DNA from: Tubiluchus corallicola
Lineage: Eukaryota > Animalia > Priapulida
Reading direction: 5' to 3'
Length of the DNA stretch: 64,000 bases
NCBI GenBank assembly: GCA_030141605.1
Contig: JAQGDQ010002367.1
Location: 434,001-498,000 of the forward strand
Shown: positions 49,701 through 62,529 of the stretch, one piece after another
How positions within the stretch are numbered: the stretch's first letter is position 1
How the letters are laid out: each line of letters starts with the position of its first letter
Notes under the pieces: generated by a model
The model's input: the letters and a program-made list of their open reading frames with translations, nothing else
Databases searched by the model: none
Told to the model about the DNA's origin: nothing
Translations under genes and position numbers: made by a program

Positions 49701-52700
49701 ATGTTTTAAGAACTGACGAAAAACTTTGTACAATCCAAAAATAAGTTGTGTTAATTTTGGCGTGCAATTTTGAAAAGTGACCCATTTGTAACCCCGTAAT
49801 TGAGCTAATGGACTCCCGTAAGGATCCTTTATTTGATATAAAGGGCCCTTGTTTGAGATCCTTCACTTGAGATAAGAGGCCCATGTGTGAAGCTCTTTAT
49901 TTGAGCTATTCTAGTTTATTTAAAGAATTTAGAATAAGTTTATTTCAAGCTATGTAAACGTCGCTAGAATATCAGGAGTAAAAATATTCAAGACGGCGAG
50001 GGCGAGTGCACCGTGTGAAGGGCCAAAAATATCATTAGAGTAGGGCACCAAAAGGTCAAAATCCGGCGCTGGTTAAGAGTTATTGTTGTTAATAATATTA
50101 TTATTATTGTTGTTGTTGTTGTTGTTGTTACTGAGAAATTTACGAGAATTTTTGGAATGATAATTATTGGTTTAAATATTTCAATGAACGATACACTGCA
50201 ATAATCTTTATAGGTTTCTTTGATTGAGATTTTTAGTTTGTTTTTTAATTCAGTTACAGAACATACATTCTTATATTTGGCCTGCAAGGATGGTTTGTGT
50301 GACACATGTTACAAAACTATGAAATAAGATAGTCTCACATAAATTATGTGAAAAAAACAAACGTAAAAATGTAAATTCAGTGGTAGACCTTAGAAACAAA
50401 CTTTCTTTGCTTCGGGTACACCAGCCTATTAAAATTGTCTTAATTAAACACGATTTTTTATACGGAATTTTTCAAAAAAGTATATTATAGTCATTATTTC
50501 TATTGCGTTGCTTGCATTTTGCGCTCACAGTTGCTTGAAATATTTCCATATGAGCTTTCTTTATTCTTATACTTTATTTCTGTTCAACAATATATTAGTA
50601 TGGTTTCTATTTCTGCAATATGCCTCTGTTTCCTTGTAGAATTCATTTGGTGCTAACCCTGCAGATTTTCACGTAATTGGACACAGTCTAGGTGGACACG
50701 TTGCTGGGTATGCTGGTGAAAGAATTACTAACATGGGCCGTATAACAGGTGTAAAAGTAGCAGTTACTTATAATTAATGTACTAGACTAATTATTGTAAT
50801 AGGCTTACGAAGATAAAATTTACACGATGTCAAACGAACAACTTGAAGGCGTACGATAAGGTCTGGTAATAAAGTTTAGTTATGTACATCTATAAAACAA
50901 AATTCTACTGTAACTTCTTACAAACAGTGAATGATTGCGCCTAATTGTAAATCAGAAGGCGAGTATTTCCCTTATTGAGTTTTTTCTACCCATCTGCCTG
51001 CATATGTCATATAAAATGGCATTTGCTGTTGTTATGATTTCGCTTCTTTATGAATACCCCGCTTGTCATTGCTATGAATGTGTTTTATTGTAAAGATTTA
51101 AGGCACAAAAAATTACTGTGACGTCACAGCATAAAAATTGGCAAAATGGGTGAAAACGTATCACATGAACAACTTAAACGGGAATGAGAACAGCATTACG
51201 ACGAAATAGACGGCTTTATACAGCTACTTCGTAAACGAGTAGCCCAATAAATCGTTTTTGCCTAACGACATGTTTTGTGTTTTGTAAATAGGAATGGATC
51301 CAGCCGGCCCGTCCTTTGAAGGCAACAACCCGTTAGCCAGATTAGATCCTACAGATGCTAGATTTGTGGATGTTTTACACACTGACAGCCATATAACACT
51401 CGGTAACGTATGTTTGGTGGGAGCATCACTTTCCTTGCAGTGAAATTCTGCACTGCGTTTTAATCATACGCTTTTGTATGACAGTAGATTTCTCTTGTCC
51501 GTGCAGGTCTATTATTTGGTAAAGTGCTTCTTTAGATGTACGATTACTTAGTTAAATAAATAATTAATTAATATTTGTGGGTTTCCCGATTTTTTAAGAA
51601 ATTATACAGTAATTGGCTGACAATGTAGTCCTGTATTTTAGGTACTGGTATTAACCAGCCTGTAGGTCACGTTGATTTTTATCCTAACGGAGGCACCAAT
51701 CAACCTGGGTGTGGTCTTAGTGACAATGCTGAGCAGTTTTACGCTGGTGACTACACAAATGGCGACGTTGAACGAGGAGGTATACATTTTTGAATATCTT
51801 ACATTTTCTCCACTGTTCTTTATTTCTTTCTATCATCGCTCCAATTTTCCATATTCATGCTTAATTCTCTCAATTCGTTTCTTCAAATTTCTCTTTCTCT
51901 CAGTCGTCTAAAGCACCTTTAAAGTAGCTTCGAAAATATCTTCTAGTGACACGTCTTGCACTCACATTTCGAAAGACAAAGAAAGAGAAGTATCAATAAT
52001 TTTAGGTAGTATTTTTATGTTTATTTTTATTATAATATAATGTTTTTTTTGTTTGTAGTTTGTAGCCATAGTCGCGCATATCAGTTCTTCACGGACAGCA
52101 TTCGTTCATCGCATTCTTATCGTGCGTACAAGTGCAATCACTACGACACGTTTAGTGCAGGATTGTGTATCAAGTGTGGAACTGACGCTTGCGCATCCAT
52201 GGGATGGAACGCTGACCAATACAATGCCGGAAATAATGAAAACCTCTTGTTTTACCTGCACACTGATGCTAGCGAACCATATGGAAGTAAGTATTGCCAT
52301 CCGTAACAAATACGAGAAGCATGACTATGAGTCATGCAAACAGAAAACCAGTCACCTATACAAGGCGCTTTCTATAATTCCCAATGAAAGTAAAAGACCT
52401 CAAAATCAGTGATTGTCTGCAGGCACAAAGTACGAGCAGACGACGTATGAAGCATACACTAACTGACTCACTAAGTGGCTAACTGACTGAACGACTAACA
52501 GACTGAATGAGTAGCTTGCCGGTAGGTTGGCTGGCGACAAACCAACAATACCAATCAATGGACCAACCGACCAATCAAACAACAAACGAACCAACTAATC
52601 TGAACAAGATAAATAGCCGTAACCAGCCAATACATTTCTCAGAGTGTCACCAATTTATTTACTATCCAACCTGAGCGTTGCTTAACTTACTTTTCTAAGC

Positions 52701-55589
52701 AATCACAAATCTTAAGTATTCACTGAAGTATTCAACTTTCAATGAGAGATTTTATTTAAAAAAAACTATTTTTTCTCTGCGCGAGGTCTGCCGGGCACTG
52801 ATTGGCAGTAAGGAATGCCAAAGAAACACATTCGTCCACGCAGTGTCATGAGAACATTCCAAGAGAGCAGTGATTTATTTACAATGCTCGCCTCTCCACT
52901 GCCCATGCAGAATACTTAAGCTTGTAGAAACCTTGCTATCTTTCTCCCACACAGTTCAAAATAAAAATTATACACAAGCGTTTTTTCGTTGCTTGCAGAA
53001 TGGCATCAACAAGCGTCAGTGAGATTCTCCAGTGGCAGCTCCAGTGCCAGTGGCTATTTCAATATCATCTTTATCGGATCAGGAGGCTCGTCGTCACAAA
53101 CCAGGATGGGAAAGTACGTAGCAACCCTATTTTCTGATTTTACCAGTTATTTTATTTTCAAATTCTAGTGTCGGAAACTAAGTGAATTAAATTTCTGAAG
53201 TTTTATTAGTGTGAAAGGAGTGAGAGATTAGACTAAACTTAAATTTCCTAAAATTTTGCCATGAATTTAAAAACTTAAACTTTATTTCGAGACCAAATAT
53301 ACATTTCGGCTAGGTATGATTAATGCTGCTTTCTACATTGTTGTATTGTGTACCTGGGAGAAAAACAAACAAAAAGTGATTTAAAAATGCGCATAATTGT
53401 TACAATTCACATTTACATGATGATAGTGTTACGAAGACGGGTTTTGACTAACCCCATAATGTTAGTAATGGGAATAGTAGAGAAGCCCAGTAATGCAAAT
53501 GTACCTGTATAAAACAGAATGCATGCCGTGATTTGACGATTCCAATCTGGCCTTTCTGTCTGTAAGGGTGAATGCTGTAGGTTTGCTGATTTTTATACCA
53601 AAGTCTGTTCACATGTCATTCTTTTGGAGTTACCGGTTGTGCAATATAGTTTAATTTACACTCGCATTCCGGATCTTTTTACTTTTCTCGTCTGCTGTAG
53701 TACTTTATAACTTGTATGCCGCTCTATACATTCTGAGGAGACGGATCCGTTACAATAATAACAATGCACAGGTGATAATCAACAATTAGTACTTGTAGTA
53801 TTAGTACATTAGTAAATCAAAGACGTTACAAAGTCTAATACGTTACATATCATAAACGGCCTAACTACGTTTTAGCATTACATATTAGTACATGATAGCT
53901 GTATTTATGAAACGCTGTATTTATGAAACAACTAGATTTTACATGCTGTTCAATAAATGTTTTATAACATCATACGATAAAGAAGCATTTCGTGCCTTAT
54001 AATCTGAGGTTATAGATTATCCTCAATAAGGAGCTTCGGAATTAAAATAGCATCGAGCTAGAGCCACAGTCCAGACTCAATACAATACTGATAGCCCAAG
54101 AGTTTGGCGAACATGATGAGCAGCCTTACTAGAATAAATATCTGTGTGGTCCACTGCGATGCATTTAAGCGAGAAGGCAAATAATGCAGCCTGAAAAATA
54201 TTCTTTAACGAAACTAGTTGCGTGTTAACTCATTGGCGTGCTGGTCTCAGCATCTAGTATCTGATTCTGTTACGCCCACAGCAATGGTAATGTTGAAAAA
54301 AAGAATTGACGAGTAAGTTAACTCAAAAGATCCACGAACTTTTTTAGCGTTTCTTGGTTTAGCCTAGAAAAGTGATAGGTATATAAAGTAAAATTGCATA
54401 AACGTATGGATAAATCTTGAAAGGCAGTTATAATTTTTTGAGTATGTAATATTAATTAACGTGTTATCAGTGATATGACCTGGAGTGCCGGGCAAACTTA
54501 CACTATGATAGGAAGCCATCCAGAAAATGTGGGAAGTTTGAGTCAACTAAGCCTCAGCTGGCAAGCGAACTATGATTTGTGGAAACCATGGGAATGGCCA
54601 ATCTTCTATAATCCAAAAATTCTTCTCGACAGGGTTACCATAACAACTGGTGAAACACAGCTTACGTAAGTGTCAAATGTAGTAACAATTAATGAATGTA
54701 TCTAAAATTAATTCTAGGAAGCTTGATCAATTGCCAGTGCAATTCAGACTGGTTGGAAAGCATTAAAATATTACTGACATTTTATACTCTACGAAAACCA
54801 TGCCGTTGCTTCATGAGGGAAACGTTAGTAGTCAACAAGAACTAGTTTTGGCCTTTATTTTCGCTCTAAATTAAATTTAACAAAGTAAACTTTGTCATAT
54901 GGCCAGAAATACTGTAGGGAAAGTTTGTAGGGACTAAGGAGAGTTATTGGTCAACTAAACCAAGCTGATCTTCCTTTCCGTATGGCTGCTGCCGCGTCTG
55001 CAAAAAGGAGACCGCCTCAACGACCTCTTTTCCATAAATTATACGCTGATAATAGCGATGATGATGATGATAGTGGCAACAGTTTTGGCAAGCTGTAGCG
55101 ATAATAGTATTGACAATATCATTACAATTACGAAGATCACATCAGTGGTGACTAGAGCGCCACTCTAGAATTTAGATCAGGTTTTATGAAAGTTCACATG
55201 AGTGAAAGAGCTCTATTAAATTTGAGAAAGTTATTGTACCTCATATTAGCACTACAATTGTGTAACTTCCTATTTTGGTCGAAAGCACACCATGTACCAA
55301 AACAACATTATACATTTTTTTATTAAGGGTGAGCATTGAATGTTCGGGTTCGAACATTCGAATCGAATTCGAAAGTCACAAATTAGATTCGATTTCGCTT
55401 TCTGGTAGAGAATGCTCTCCCCTAGTGTTTGTACAAATAAAATTATGTATAACTTAGAGGTGACAGCCTTCATATAAAATATTTAAGTTTTGTTGTATTG
55501 TTCTATTTTTTATTTCTAACAGAGTCGATTTCTGTAGTCCCGGTGGTGATCTGCAATCTGGTAACTGGTATACGTTCAGCAGGTGTTAA
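46702..55589 (+). CDS. Pancreatic triacylglycerol lipase family protein (lipase + PLAT domain), multi-exon
   Basis: Probable signal-peptide exon from ATG 46702 ([15 protein letters not shown]; donor uncertain, 46747 or 46762). Phase-consistent exons follow: 46936-47066, 47769-47885, 49145-49303, 50640-50748, 51292-51402, 51642-51779, 52059-52286, 52999-53113, 54471-54665, 55523-55589 (TAA). Motifs [28 protein letters not shown] (Ser), GMDPAGP (Asp), [16 protein letters not shown] (His), 23-residue lid. Confidence 0.93.
55324..55424. mobile_element. Small MITE-like remnant
   Basis: taagggtgagcatt ... aatgctctccccta imperfect TIRs with internal ttcgaa repeats. Confidence 0.45.
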
Positions 55590-55681
55590 AGTGGTACACG
55601 TGCAACAGGCGTTAGACTAGTACACGTTCAACTGGTGCTAGACTGGTACATGTTTAACAGGTGTTGGACTGGTACACGTTT
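55565..55681 (+). repeat. 26-bp tandem repeat x about 4.5 spanning the lipase stop codon
   Basis: Units start at 55565, 55591, 55617, 55643 and 55669; consensus ctggtacacgttcaacaggtgttaga. Confidence 0.85.
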
Positions 55682-58519
55682 GCGATAAGGACTATAAAAA
55701 TTATTCAAATGGTTATGGTAAACTTCATTCTCCTACTTCGAAATTAGAGCTACTTTTAACCGCAAAAATAAACATAAATTTTAATCGACATTTTTAAAAG
55801 ATTTATTTTTTATTTATTTTTGTTTATTTTCAAATTGTTGCATGTGTGCTGTTCTGTGATTCACTGAAATGAAATAAAACGAGTAATCAAATAGACGTCC
55901 AGAAATTTTGATTGTTTTGATACGTCAACTGGCAGGTACAGCTCGTAGTCAGGCGTCAAAATAGAAAACTTGCTTACCTTTCAGTATTACAAATATCTCT
56001 ATTTTTAATTTAAAAAAAAGTTTGTTGACAATAATTTGTTACGGTCATGATCGTATTTATTTAGGAATTTAAAGTCGAATAACAAGTATGGATTCTAACA
56101 AAGCCCAAAAAAAATGTTGGAGCCGGCGGAGCATATGTATTAAAATAATGGTGATGTTGTCAGTGGTAAAATTAATCTGTTTGCAGCTAGATAAGAACAA
56201 GAGAGCAAAAGAGAGGCTTCCTTGGTCGACTGACTGGCTCTACTTTTGACAGCGAGGTGACGTGTCTCATTTAGAGGGCAGTAAAATGTGCTGAGGTTGT
56301 TGGGATCACCACCATCTCGACGCAGTCGAAATTAGACTGAATTTTTCTGTCTTCAACTATCCATTTCATTACACAGTTGCAGACAAACTTGGCATCTGTA
56401 ACAAGAGAGGTTTTAAACGAAGTAATGAGTTGGAAGGAATAAAGATATTAAATTGAGAAGCAGGATCACTACTCCACACTAACTATACAGACAGACACGA
56501 AAATCCCGTATGTCACTAGCCAGCAGGTCAGAAACTGAACATTTTGCTAAATATCGTAATCTAGCTGAAAGCGTTCAGTTTTAAGTACTGTGTTTCTTAT
56601 CGTAAAAACATGTCAAAAACGTGAAAACTGTAAAAACTAGTTCTCGTTAATATCACGTTCTTATTTTAAATGCCTAATGTTTCCGTTAATCTTGATCGTA
56701 TAGTGTAAGGTGACTTAAATCTATATATCGTATAGATTTATAGATTGAATTTAATATGTCCGCTTAATTTCTAATTGCTATAAGGCGAATTCTTCACCTG
56801 GCTCCGAGGGCTTTAGATATTAGTCTAGCAAGCAATGATCGTCTTATCTAAACTTCACCTTGACCTTCGCGTTGTGAGAAAAGGTCTATTTCCCTCAAGT
56901 TTCCTAGCGACGCTCCCGCAATATGAGCGCTAGTTAATTCAAAGCGAACTAATCATATTCGTATATCGGAAATAGTGTTGCTTGAGTTAAACACTCTAAT
57001 ATCATACATTAACTCAATCGTTAAATGTCAAAGAGAATTACTTTATTGATTTACAATAATTACTGCTTCTAGATAGCTTACAAGATTAGTTCTTATGCGC
57101 TTTTGACGCGTACAACTAGTTTATAGCTTCCAAAAGTATCTCTCTGAACAATTCTTCAATTCTATCACCTAAGGTGTACTCTACACTTATCCTATAGTAC
57201 AATGTGAACTTATACGAACTACAGATATGCACAGTTAATTCTCAGTTTACCAATGTGTTAAGATTACTTAACTCTGCGGATTTGACCACAATGTACCCAG
57301 TACAATTTGGCCAACTCCAATAGTTGATATGAGACTCTCGTTGTCCAGTGCCTAGATTATCCTAGGAACGCAGAAAGATGTCTACGCTGAACTTCTCAAC
57401 TTGTCCCAATCTCCTCTGTCAAGTAGCCCTCCTGTGTGATTTGTCACACACACACACGTGTCTCTTCCAGTACGATCGGGTGGAACGAGCCCTGGGTTAT
57501 TCGAACTCATGGCTTATATCTCATCGAAGTAACCTCGTAATAACCTTGCATGATTTCAACGTCGCACGCAACATTTAAATTTATTGGACAGCTGGGAGGA
57601 CATAGTCATTGTAACCCGTAAAACTCATCAGTCCTCTTTTCTTCAAGAAACAGTGACCTCGCAGAGTTTTCGTTAATTACTAGTAACTTGTGCATATAGC
57701 TTATAATAAACGGTACATCCGTCTCAACCTAATATTAGCTAATTATCCTGAGCATCCTAGAGTGTCCTTACGTAAACGATAAATTTTACTTCTTGCATCC
57801 TACGCTGTCACAGCTCATTAAATTCGAGCTTACCAGCTGAATGAGTTCCATTGCACCATTTGTAACTCTATTCATGAAATCAGGGAGGCATGCGATTTCA
57901 TACCAAAATATCGAAAATCATCGATTTATAAATTTATTCACCACATTAACAAATGCGTGGTTTGTATGATATCTCCCACTTCCTATTTTCTGACAATAAA
58001 TGACAAAACTTATAAATACTCACTGACGTATGCTGTAGCATGCGGCCGATGATTACAGTTACAAGTAACAAGTTTACCACAAATTATCCATACACTCAAA
58101 AACATTATTATTTAACTGAAATTCAATTGAAATAACTCCCTGATATTCGCTTGAAACGTGCGCATATCTGAATCTGGCTTAGCGCGGGGAGGGGGGTAAT
58201 TTGTGAAGATTTATCGTTACTAAATAAATTAAAATATATAGTTTAAAATGTGACTAATTTCGAAATAAACTCCTTGCTTCTGGTTGTGCAGTGTTTTAGC
58301 AACTTTAAAAAATAAAAACGAATGTTAGTACTAGTTGACAATGTTTCTGACGTGGCCAGAAACTGAAGATTTTGCAACTATTGTTATAAATTTGAGCCTT
58401 AAAAGTGAAGAAATGACAGTTTTTCTTGAAACAGTTTATTTTCTTTTATTGAATTCACCTTGCTTGAATACATGGGAAGTGCATTTCACAATGAAACCTC
58501 AGCCCATCAACCACGAGTC

Positions 58520-59810
58520 TAAAGCCAACTAATCTCGGCAAAACTCTTATCATTCAGTTTGTCCCATTGAGACCTTTCATTTGATATACAACATGCATGC
58601 TAGATCCTGGAATACTTTTGGTAGACCCTGGAAAGCATTTGTCTCTTCGAATTCTTTTTTCCCCTAATAAGGACACAGGTTACCGACTCACACTGTAACC
58701 TATACCATTCGATTCGCCTCATCAAGACCTTTCATTTGATATGTTACATGGTACTATTCGTTAGACACTCGATTAATTTCTGTTCCTGACCCCTACTGGG
58801 GTCAAAGACCAACTAGTTTCGGCATAACTTATACCATTCGGTTTGCCCCATCGAGACCTTTCATTTGATATGCTACAAGCTACTTCCGGTCGACACTGGA
58901 AGGCATTTGTCTCCTCGACCCCTATTTTGCCTCCTAGCAGGGTCGTGGATTAACGATTCTCATTGTAACCTATACTATTCGATTCGTCTCGTCAGTACCT
59001 TTCATTTGATGTGCTACATGGTACTATTCGTAGACACTCGATGCATTTCTGTTCCCAACCTCCATTTTTCGGTTTTTCCCCCTTAGAGGAAAATTTTCTC
59101 CCTCCGTATTACCCATATTCTGACATGTCCAACAACTTGGCCCCGCCTAACTATATACCAAATATTGTGGCCCTAGCTCAAAAACTATGGGAGCAGATAG
59201 ATCCTAAAGAAAATAAATGAAGAAATGACTGCTCCGTGACCTTTCACCCGGCAACTCGGGTGACATGAATACGTAGATACCATTGCCCTGAATGTACTCT
59301 GTGGGTTTTGTATCTCTAGCCTTCAGCATGCAAAAGGTCACCAATTTAGGGACCCAAATTTTGCATTTTGGCCCCTCACTTGGGCGTCTAAGGCTTGTCA
59401 GCTTTTTAAAACCCCAGGTGCACATCTACACCACAGTACCCAAATACTTGTGAAAAAATGGAAAAAAACGAAAGCAATGGGAGTTCAATCAAGGAAAAAC
59501 TGACTAACGCCCATGCCCTTTGCCCCTGACCAGTGGTCAGCGGTCAACACGCTGTTGTACGTCTCTCGCCCAGGGATACGCACTCTGTGAGTTTGGTGAC
59601 CTTAGCTTGCAAGGCTTAAGAGCTATTAAGCGTTAAAGCGAGAATAAATAATAAATAATATGAGTAATGATAACCGGATGAAAAACAGTAATGTAGCAAA
59701 ATATTAATAATAACTCAATGAAAAACAGTAAGTTTTTTTAAATCTTAATAATAAGAATTTTAACACCGGCTGAAAAACAGTAAGATTTTGTTAGGGCAAA
59801 ATTTTAATTA
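58520..59810. mobile_element. Non-autonomous repeat element with internal repeats of about 130-150 bp
   Basis: The motif attc.....acctttcatttgat recurs near 58551, 58704, 58833 and 58974 (a related cctttcatttgat is at about 24818). tgaaaaacagtaa occurs three times near the 3' end, followed by a short hairpin. Family unresolved. Confidence 0.55.
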
Positions 59811-60019
59811 TAAAGCCTAATAAAATGGAATTAATGAACAAAAGGACATGCAAGCAAAACAGTAATAAACAAACTGTAGGCCTAAATATAATTAATGAGA
59901 TTTTTCACAAACTATTCACTATAAAATGTCTTTTCTATAAAAAAGACAGAACATAAAAACATAATTAATTTAAATAAAAACACAGTTAGTACTATATGGT
60001 GCAAAACAGGGCTTCAGCC

Positions 60020-60896
60020 TTCAGGATAAAACTGAACAAAGAATTGGATTTTAATATCTAAAGTTATGTTGTCTGACGCCAAATTTTGCCCATAAAGCCT
60101 ACCCCTTTGTTTTTCCACTTAGACTGTTAATTCGTTTTACCTTAATTGTTGGCCTGTCTTATAATTTGTGTTTTTAAAGTTTTCCCAAAAACATGCAGGA
60201 GAAAGATTTGAAAATATAGTTTTGTTACTAAAATTTTCTAGGAATTGCGAATATACCTTTCATTTTTAGGATGACACTTTTTGTTGAATCCGGTCTTTTA
60301 GCAAGATATAGTTTAAAATTGTTAACATGATGATGTAAACCGGTGTAAATTATAAAAATGGACTTAATATATTGGTTTTCGGAAAGATCCAAGTCTGCTT
60401 TCTGCAGCCCAGGAGCACCTATTATATCAAGATGTTGCATGGATTTCACCTCTCTGAAAGCGTCTGCAGCAATCCACTAAAGCTTCCGGTTCCACGTCAA
60501 CTTCAATACGGTAGCGCGTGCACAAATATCCATTGAGCCAAGAAACTGCAACTTGGATTCACTTATCTCCAATGTGCCGTATTTCTTCTATTTTAGATAA
60601 CAAAACGGAAGTGAGTACGGAAGTATATTGTAAAGCTGCAACTTCTTTGTCTGCGATTCCAAGTTCGCGCCTATTTCATTAAGGTCTAGATTGCCTAAAA
60701 CAACCTTCTGTCCACAGTTCATTTTGCAAGGAAGTTGCATTTCATAGGAACACAGCCGAAAAATAAATTCACCGCATTCCGTTTCATCGCCCACCTCGTG
60801 TAAATGCCGTTTTAAAACATCAGACTAAAAAACCCTTGGAGAGCAAAACTGGAATAAGATATTGAAAGGCCAACAAAGTGAACAAACGCCATCCAT
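60020..60896 (-). pseudogene. Decayed leucine-rich-repeat protein sequence
   Basis: ORFs 60588-60794 and 60228-60449 are in one frame, bridged by KKYGTLEISESKLQFL...ATVLKLTWNRKL*WIAADAFREVKSMQHLDI...LDLSENQYI (LxLxxN..L..I...AF). In-frame TAGs at 60588-60590 and 60477-60479. A signal-peptide-like stretch lies upstream in another frame, and an NPILC (LRRCT-like) remnant is near 60040. Confidence 0.55.
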
Positions 60897-61153
60897 AAAA
60901 CGAACTGCACATGCAACATGATGAAACCAGCAAATCGACATTTCACGGTTTAATTCTGACAGCCATGACTTTAGTTGGCTTTGAGCACGGAGATGTGTGC
61001 GACACTCAGTGACAGAGAAAACAGCAGTCTTCGAATATTTCGATTTCCTGCGTCATAATGCAATTGCGACTGATATAATAACAACTTGAACATAAAGGTC
61101 AAAATACCAAACACGAGAAGCTAGAGAACTGAAATTGAAATGTGTAAGTATAA

Positions 61154-61360
61154 TGGCGCGCCCAGCTAGAGAGTACTTTCGCAACTTATTGCGCAACTTC
61201 TTCTCTGAGAGTGAACTCGCAAGTGTGAACGGCTTGCCAACTTCTCTCGCAACTTACTGCAAACTCAGCAAGAGTTTCTGAGAATTCATGCGCAAGTTGA
61301 CACTCTCAGAGAGAATTTAAGCAGTAAGTTAAGAGAGAACTCTCTAGTCTGAATTCGCCA
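61154..61360. mobile_element. MITE with long imperfect TIRs
   Basis: tggcgcgcccagctagagagtactttcgcaacttattgc ... gcagtaagttaagagagaactctctagtctgaattcgcca, flanked by taa/tta. Confidence 0.7.
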
Positions 61361-62529
61361 TTAGACAGCCATTGATGATGTTTTCTCAGTGATGTACGAA
61401 ATAAGACAGAGTTGATGCTTCAGTAAATGAGTTCAAAACTTCAAAGTCCCACACGAATGATATCGGCTTAAGGGCAAATGGTTCAAGATAAAGCACGTTA
61501 AACAGTAATGCAACCAAGAAATTGTGCAATGCTGCATTAAACACTCGAGTGAGTAAACTACATTATTTTATTTTACTTTATTTGCAATTATTAAAATTAC
61601 AAGATAAAATCATAAAAAAAGAAAAAATGCGGCACAAAAGTCGACACAAAAATACATTAATTGTGCACACGTCACATAATTGTTTTAAGAAAGTACTATT
61701 CGTTATCGTTTTCCATTAATAACCTTTAACGAACGGTCATAACGCATTAATGTCAGGCTTCAAATAGCCGCCTTATAGATAAAATACTAAATTATCATCA
61801 GTGCAATATTTCATTGTATATCGCATGTTGTAAATGGGCAATGACAAAAAATATGCTCTTCGCTTTGAACATTTACTTTATCACATGGACGCACTCCTCT
61901 AGCTCGATTATTTATCATCGTGGTGTCAGAGAGAACAAGCGCGATTAACTTTTTAAAAAGAAAATGCAAAACAGTACTAACAAAAAGCTGAATTTCCAAA
62001 ACTTTTATATTTTGTGCATGATAGTGATTTTGAGCAGACACTAGGTTGACTGTACGCCAAGTTTTAATTTCAATGTAAAAAAGATTTGTGTCAAGCCTTT
62101 CACAATTAAGTGGAGCAGTGGCGGTTCGTGTATAGGTACAGTGGTATTGCAACACCTCCTATTTTTACTTGATATTATCGATAATATTTAATATAATAAG
62201 TCATGCTTCTTTAGTTCGTTCTTTATACTTGTACGGAATCAGAGCAGGTGAAGCTAGTACTGTTTCCTTCACAGTGCAGCACAGTGCGCTCCAGCAAGGC
62301 GGTATTTGGATGTTGTGCGCTTACGGCCATGTACACGTCTGAGCACATGCACATGTAGTTATTGAAAGTGCAAGCGAGTAAAATTTATTTTGTTTGTATA
62401 GTGGATAGTAGGTTGTATGAGCTGTGTGTAGCTGCTTATTAATGCTTCAGGAATGGCAAAGCTATTAAGAGTTTATTTATAAAATGACACGTTTATTAAA
62501 TATGAACAGAATATATGGCCATGCCAAAG

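Noticed and set aside
56704-57810. Segment of about 1.1 kb bounded by TGT...ACA, a possible solo LTR
   Set aside because: I found no TSD, PBS or polypurine tract, so it cannot be supported without a copy search.
60228-60827. Several in-frame TAG codons suggesting stop-codon reassignment or readthrough
   Set aside because: SMG6 and WDR45 both end at TAG, long ORFs show no internal TAG, and the region also has frameshifts. Pseudogene decay is simpler.
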